From Iphione sp. A-MEVVRFRX5 (taxonomy: Eukaryota): a stretch of DNA of 64,000 nt. Position numbers and translations under genes: made by a program. Below are positions 58,212 to 64,000 of this stretch, piece by piece. Location of the stretch: NCBI GenBank assembly GCA_976226885.1, contig OZ320323.1, positions 13,578,001 to 13,642,000 of the forward strand. Reading direction: 5' to 3'. The notes below the pieces were generated by a model. That model did not search any database, was not told the origin of the DNA, and saw only the letters and a program-made list of their open reading frames with translations. Positions within the stretch are counted from its first letter, which is position 1. Each line of letters opens with the position of its first letter.

Positions 58212-61200
58212 ATTGTGTACGTCCAGTCCGCACCTGGAACTATCGTCAAACGGCATACCACCACAGTGTCTGTGTGTTGAGAAGGTGTTACAGGAACATC
58301 TGCTGTTGTTAAAAGAACAGAGGAGAAAAAAAAAGAAACAATTCTCGTCGTCTACGGTTGGTTCTAAGGACCTACGAGGCGATGCTTCCCAGTAGCACTG
58401 CCGGCCAAAAAAAGAACATCTGGCTCTCTCTGGGCGCAATGAAGAACTCAAAACAGCCACTAGGGGGAGACTCTGAGAACAGATCAGCTGAGGTTTTAAG
58501 ACACGTGGTGAGAGCAAAGAGATGTCACCAGGTGGCGCCCCTCAGACAAACGCCTCCAACTTGTCACTCTGGGCCTGCACGTCATTGCGGAGGTTGGTCG
58601 CTAGGCAGATACCAAAGATCTGTCCATCAAAGAGAAACATGCATACAGACGTTAGTGGAAAGTCAAAAAAAAGGAAAGAGAGCTTGTTTTTGTAGACGAT
58701 TTTGAAAAAAAATAGAAGAGATCTACCAGGAAATGCTTCGTCTTGTACTTTGCTAGTTTAAAATGTTTGTCTTCAAGGCAGGGGGGCGGGGAGGACAGAC
58801 ATATAGTGGGAGGGGCAAACACACATACACACCCACATACAGAGCAGCCAACAGAAAAGGAATCATGCAGGAGAGCAAAACACTGAACCACCAGAAACAC
58901 ACAGAAATGATCGAGTATATGTAGGCGTGGCTAGGCTCAGGAGAGAAAACAAAGGAAGTATGAATGGAGATGTTTCATGAAATAAAACAGCTTCCAGTAA
59001 TCTGCCTGTTTGGTCAAGGAGAACCTCCAGAAGGGCATGTCGCGGGATATGCAATAAGAATCAGAAGCGCACAATGCCCTAGGAGGATTAGTAAATTAAC
59101 ACAACCAGAAGTTATTGTTAATTCGGGGGGTAAGAACATTTACATCAACACCACAGGATCAGCTATTATTAAAGTAAGGATAAGTAAAGGATTAGATAAG
59201 GAAACTCGGCAGAGCTGGACAAGTTAGATGAAGAGTCACCCATGGCTTCAACAACCACTAACGTAATGAGGATGACGATTGTCTTCAAGGTAAGTCTGTA
59301 GACTTGTCGACAAGCTGGAGCATGAGTCTCATCGATAAGGACATCAAATATCCCATTAAGACGGTGGATGCTGCCCTCCTCCGCAGAAAGAAAACACCAA
59401 TGACGACAGAGAAGAAAAGCCACTGATCTCATAAACGTCGCTGGATGATTCTCTTTAATAATAATAAAAACAAAAAACATGTGGTTCGTGTTGTCTTTTA
59501 AAACTTAACTAGTTTAACTGCACCCTTCATGTTCCCTTGCTGCCAGCAGTATGTCACCTGGCCAAAAAAATGTACTCTCAAAAGCATCGACATGGGATAT
59601 ATATGTTAATGTTCAAGATGAGGTTTGTAAGAGACGTCCATTGAGAAAAATCTTTTCTGTAATTTTGGAGCTCTGAGCAACATACTTGAGGAAAAGTGAC
59701 CCCAAGGTTCAGATGGACAGTAGGATGGCCATAAGATCAGAGGGTCCAAACGACGGTATTCCTATGTCCCGCGGCAAAAGAACACAACGATCGCTCCAAA
59801 CTGTGTCAGCCTCTATCACCAATCTGATTAGGATATCATCCTCGAAAACTGAAAATTTGGACGCAATGCCAACACTAAGAAAACGACAAGCAAAGAGAAT
59901 GACAACTAGGAAGAATCATATCTAATATAACAACTGAAAAAAGTCTACACTTCAGCAGATTTGCAAGGCAGACAATATTTCGTGTATAAAATGTTTCCAA
60001 TAATGGTAAAGTAACACTTATACAAGAGTGCAGCAAATAATAAGTACATGTACTGCATATAAAATCCTAACGATTCAAATGAAAAAAGGTGACCCGCGGG
60101 ACTAACCAGTAAAACAAGAAGACCAGAGCAGAGAACTAGGTTCCAACACGGAAAACATCTGGCAGGTCACTCAGCCATGACAATGCATTTAACTGACAGG
60201 ACATCCTGCCAATTACAGGACAGCAAGTGAAGTGCACACAAATTGCGCCCCCACCCCTTCTCTCCCTCCGTCAAAATCATCTCCTGTGGACTTCCTCTCA
60301 TTTTCACACACAAAAAAGCAAACATTAGGAGTCGGAGTAAAGAAATGGCAGGCAGGATGTGTATACCAGGGCTATACATGTGCTGATTCAGGGGCTTAGA
60401 GATCCATCAGGTCCTAATGGTTGCTCGGAGGGTTAGATGGCTGGACAACGGCATTCTCATATTCCCCCATTCTGAAAAAGCTAGTGAATGACAAAACATT
60501 CCTGCCTTTACACTCAACGGGGAGATGGTTTCACTGACTGGAGGTGATACTCTTGGCGGACAAGTCTCAAGCTTACACCTGAACACCATCTAAGAGGGAC
60601 ACGAAATCAAGAACATCTACTTCGACTGGTGTATCTTCTACAAGGCAAGATCTGCACACCCACTAGACAACGGTTTTCTTTTTCTCCTGTTTAATCTGAT
60701 GAAATGACATTGAGTAGATCCATTCCTTTATCCCAGCAAACAAAACAAAACCTAGCATCAGCCAGGGTTTGAGAACACTGTTAGAAGAAAACACAAGGAA
60801 ATCTTGTTAAGACATACGAGTACTTATCGTGAATCTTGAATTTCTGAGTCTCTCCGTCTCGTACTCTATTTACCCGTAAGTAAAGTCCGAAAGTCAAGGT
60901 ACATATTTCACTGGCAAGTTCAGATAACCTACTTATTTAAACTGGCATAGTAGCAAAAACAGCACTGTATGAATTGGTAACTGATTTATAAGTTGGCTAC
61001 CACTCATGACCGGGCTGAATATCAATTAACGTTGCCATGTACATGTACTGCTGAGAGAAAGGACGAGTTTCACTGAAGAGGTAATAATAAAGTGAGTGAG
61101 GACAAACAAAGGGAGTCCTCTGGCTAATCAGCGCTGGAGAGTCTACTTTGTCATACCTGAGATTGCTGCACTACAGAAACAGAGCCCTGTGCTGTGCACT

Positions 61201-64000
61201 TTTTAACCGCTCTTGCCGTACCAACTCTTTCATTAACAGAAACTGACCTGTATGGTGACGGCTGACATTGAAGAAGTATAGAAGTAAAACCACCGAGTGT
61301 GTAACACTGGGAAATACTTGACTCCTTAAACTACAGAGTTACAGCCTTATAGTTGGTGACAGGAGGAGAAAACTCCTGTAGTAAATCGCCTCTATTAACT
61401 ATACACCTAGAACATTCCAGAGTGTAACCCTAGGAAGCTCCGCCAGAACTGGCTCACTCATCACTTGTCGAACTAGACTTCCCCACGTGTAATGTTTGAA
61501 AGCTCCTATGATACATCAACTATAGGAATAGCTCTCTCGGTGCACAGCCCTAGAAAACTCCTGTTGAACAAGCCTGTCTGTTAAGAATACAATTAGAACC
61601 TCCGGGAATGTCACATTGGGACGCTCTTCCAGTACAGGCTCAAATCATCACCTGTCGAACTAGACTTCCCCATGTATAAATTTTTGAAAGCTCCTACGAT
61701 ACATCAGCTATAGGAGTAGCTCTCTCGGTGCACAGCCCTACAAAACTCTTGCTGAACAAGCCTGTCTGTTAAATATACAATTAGAACCTCCCGGAATGTC
61801 ATATTAGGAAGCTCTTCCAGTACGAAGCCTTCTTTGGATCATTTCTGTGCAGGGATGATGGCCCCACTGCCGAACTGTAAGACTACAACTCCCTACGTTA
61901 TATAGGAAAGCTCTTGCAGTACAGGTCCCTAAATTAAAAGCAAGAGTTTTGTGGTGTAGGTGTTCTGGTATGATAACACAAAACAAATAATTGCAAAACT
62001 ATCGAATTACTTGCTGCACCCACTGGTGAAAATTATACATCATATACTTATACTATATATAATATATGTGTGTATATGACGGTAAAGAAGGGAATTTGCA
62101 TTGTAAACATGCTTTTTTTTTGCGTTGTCATACTACAAGATGCCCTCAACAAATCAAAAGAGGAAGGAGCCAACTGCAACCAGAGCTTCCCAGGATAAAC
62201 AAAGCGTACTGCTACCATGCAAAAATGAAAGCTAGTGAAGTAATAGAGCACAATACTACTACACATCTTCAGGGATACTAAAAAGCTAGGGCTCTTTTTA
62301 AATAAAAAACATAATTAAGATGACATGAAACTAGAAATATGGAGGAAAAGGAAAACTGGACACTACACATCCTCGAGGTGAAAAAACACAATGAGAAATG
62401 TATATAAAGTTACTATTTCCTCATTTATGACCAGCGTTCTAAATATTATTCAATGTATTTACCGTCTTTTTAATGAACTGTCTTGTCATTTGCCAAAGAA
62501 GTTACGAACCTGTATCAATGCTATAGCTACCACCACCCCGGCCACTGGAATGAGGTTATCGTTGAACCATTTTTCTCCCACTTTTAGGCACCCTTCTGTG
62601 TACACTGAGACGGATGGTGCCACAGGCTGAAAAGGAAATAAGAAGTTTTCATTGTTTACCTTTTTACAGGGAAGCCGAATTTTTGTACAGCTCTCCATGT
62701 AGGTTCACACGGTCACAAAATATTTCCATTATTTGGTCAATACCTCTTTTTTTTAAATTTCAAATAAAAACTGACAAATATGGACATCAGTCGCATCTGG
62801 CTTTCGGCCCGCATTGGCATATCTTACGTGTATATATATATATGATCAAATGTATACTTAATAGACAAAATAAAAAATGTTTAAACAGATTATAGATAAA
62901 AGCAATCACTTGAATATGTCTGGCATATATTGGAATTGAAAAAATACCATAAAAAGATATATTGATATGTGCATATACAAGTAAATAACTCCTCACAAAA
63001 AGTACTATAATACCCTGGTTCTAGCCAGATTATCATGATAAAAGGCCTATGGGGGCAGTGAAAACGTCGAGTAACACATTAAAAAATAAGGCCTTCATAA
63101 GTTTACCTGCATTGGCATTTTGGTTTTGTTTTGATGTAACATCAATCAGATTTTCAAAAGTCCCCTTTTTTGTGCACACTATCATTCTATATTTGGTTCA
63201 GAAAGGAACATGGCATCGAGAGAATACAATGTATCGGCTACAATTTTCTTTTCAATGATTCACAAGACTGACGCAGAATTATTTTGTTTAGAATAACAAA
63301 AATAGGTGACAGAAAAAGATACAAATTGGCATGAAAAATGTTACCGGGGTTGGGCCTCGAACTCCATAACCACACTGTCTGTTCTTGATAGCTTCCTGTG
63401 AATGGAGAAACAGACGGTAGATGCATTTATGTAAAAACTATAAAGATGAGAAAAATAGAATCAACAATGCATGGGAGAATTGAATATTACACTCAGTTTT
63501 ACTTCAATCACAAATTGAAATGGGAATCCTAGCAGGTGCTACTACAGATCCTCTAGCATATTTACCAGAGGTTTTGATACGGGGAACATTAACAATATGA
63601 GTCTTTAAAAAAAAAAAAAAAAAGGGTTCATCTGTCATGAGCAGACGTTTCGGGAAAATACGGCCGGGTCACTACAGGTTCTCTTAACACAACACAGATA
63701 ATTAGAATATGAATGTTAATCTATGATTATCTTATTAATGTGGTACATTTCTAATGAAAGACTAAACTTAATGTTCATGTGGTACACCTTGCCATTGCAA
63801 ATCCATTGCAAAAAGTATACCTCACCTACAGTCACACCCTCAATATAGCTATCTTACTGCTGCTGTAGGCAAAGATATAATATCTTTTTATATTTTCAAA
63901 AGAACGTATCATCAGCCATGTGGCTGTTTTTCAGATGGCCTGCCTAATTCCCACTTTATAAAAATATATATAATACTTACCTTTCCTGTAAATTTACAAC
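54693..64000 (-). CDS. Tetraspanin, TspanC8 (TSPAN5/14/17/33-like) subgroup, 3' exons; the gene continues past the window edge
   Basis: Exons (partial) 63981-64000, 63345-63395, 62510-62626 and 54693-54764 splice in phase 0 to ...CKFTGK|EAIKNRQCGYGVRGPTP|PVAPSVSVYTEGCLKVGEKWFNDNLIPVAGVVVAIALIQ|ILGICFAQNLRSDIQAQKSKWSV*. Confidence 0.9.
58163..58210. repeat. (CTGT)n microsatellite
   Basis: Direct reading. Confidence 0.95.
58700..59460 (-). pseudogene. Possible highly degraded L1/Tx1-like endonuclease region in the tetraspanin intron
   Basis: Scattered peptides in the expected order (LIDETH, DYWKL, LEDKHF) with stops and insertions; weak. Confidence 0.3.
61420..61825. repeat. 187-bp tandem duplication, ~2.2 copies
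   Basis: GTCGAACTAGACTTCCCC at 61467 and 61654 with colinear flanks. Confidence 0.88.

Noticed and set aside
63981-63985. Apparent 5-nt micro-exon (CAG|GAAAG|GTAAGT)
   Set aside because: The same bases read (C)CKFTGK in phase 0, matching the tetraspanin CC motif, so the exon extends beyond the window.

Overview
Eukaryotic, intron-rich invertebrate animal DNA; the species cannot be determined from sequence alone. There is a 175-N gap at 29922-30096. Three host genes are present: a complete 21-exon NUP85 (minus, 405-17938, 662 aa), a complete 8-exon mu-crystallin/ketimine reductase CRYM (plus, 18395-44873, 308 aa) arranged head-to-head with it, and the 3' end of a TspanC8-type tetraspanin (minus, 54693 to the window edge). 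The standout is a ~7.5-kb non-LTR retrotransposon of the CR1/L2 group in NUP85 intron 11 with an unusual four-ORF layout: a short ORF0; an L1-type ORF1 (coiled coil-RRM-CTD) fused to a NADAR/YbiA domain; a stand-alone SGNH esterase ORF; and an APE-RT ORF2 broken by a MITE and one frameshift. A consensus splice donor lies exactly at the ORF0 stop and a consensus acceptor exactly at the ORF2 ATG. Two matching TATA-type modules precede ORF1 and ORF2. CRYM intron 2 holds a Ngaro-like tyrosine-recombinase retrotransposon with open ORFs, whose recombinase appears to be made by in-frame Gag-YR splicing. CRYM also has a duplicated terminal exon, a tandem array of 3' splice-site copies, a DIRS1 relic split by a TIR element, and several MITEs and minisatellites. 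All family calls come from motif recognition by eye, not database searches.
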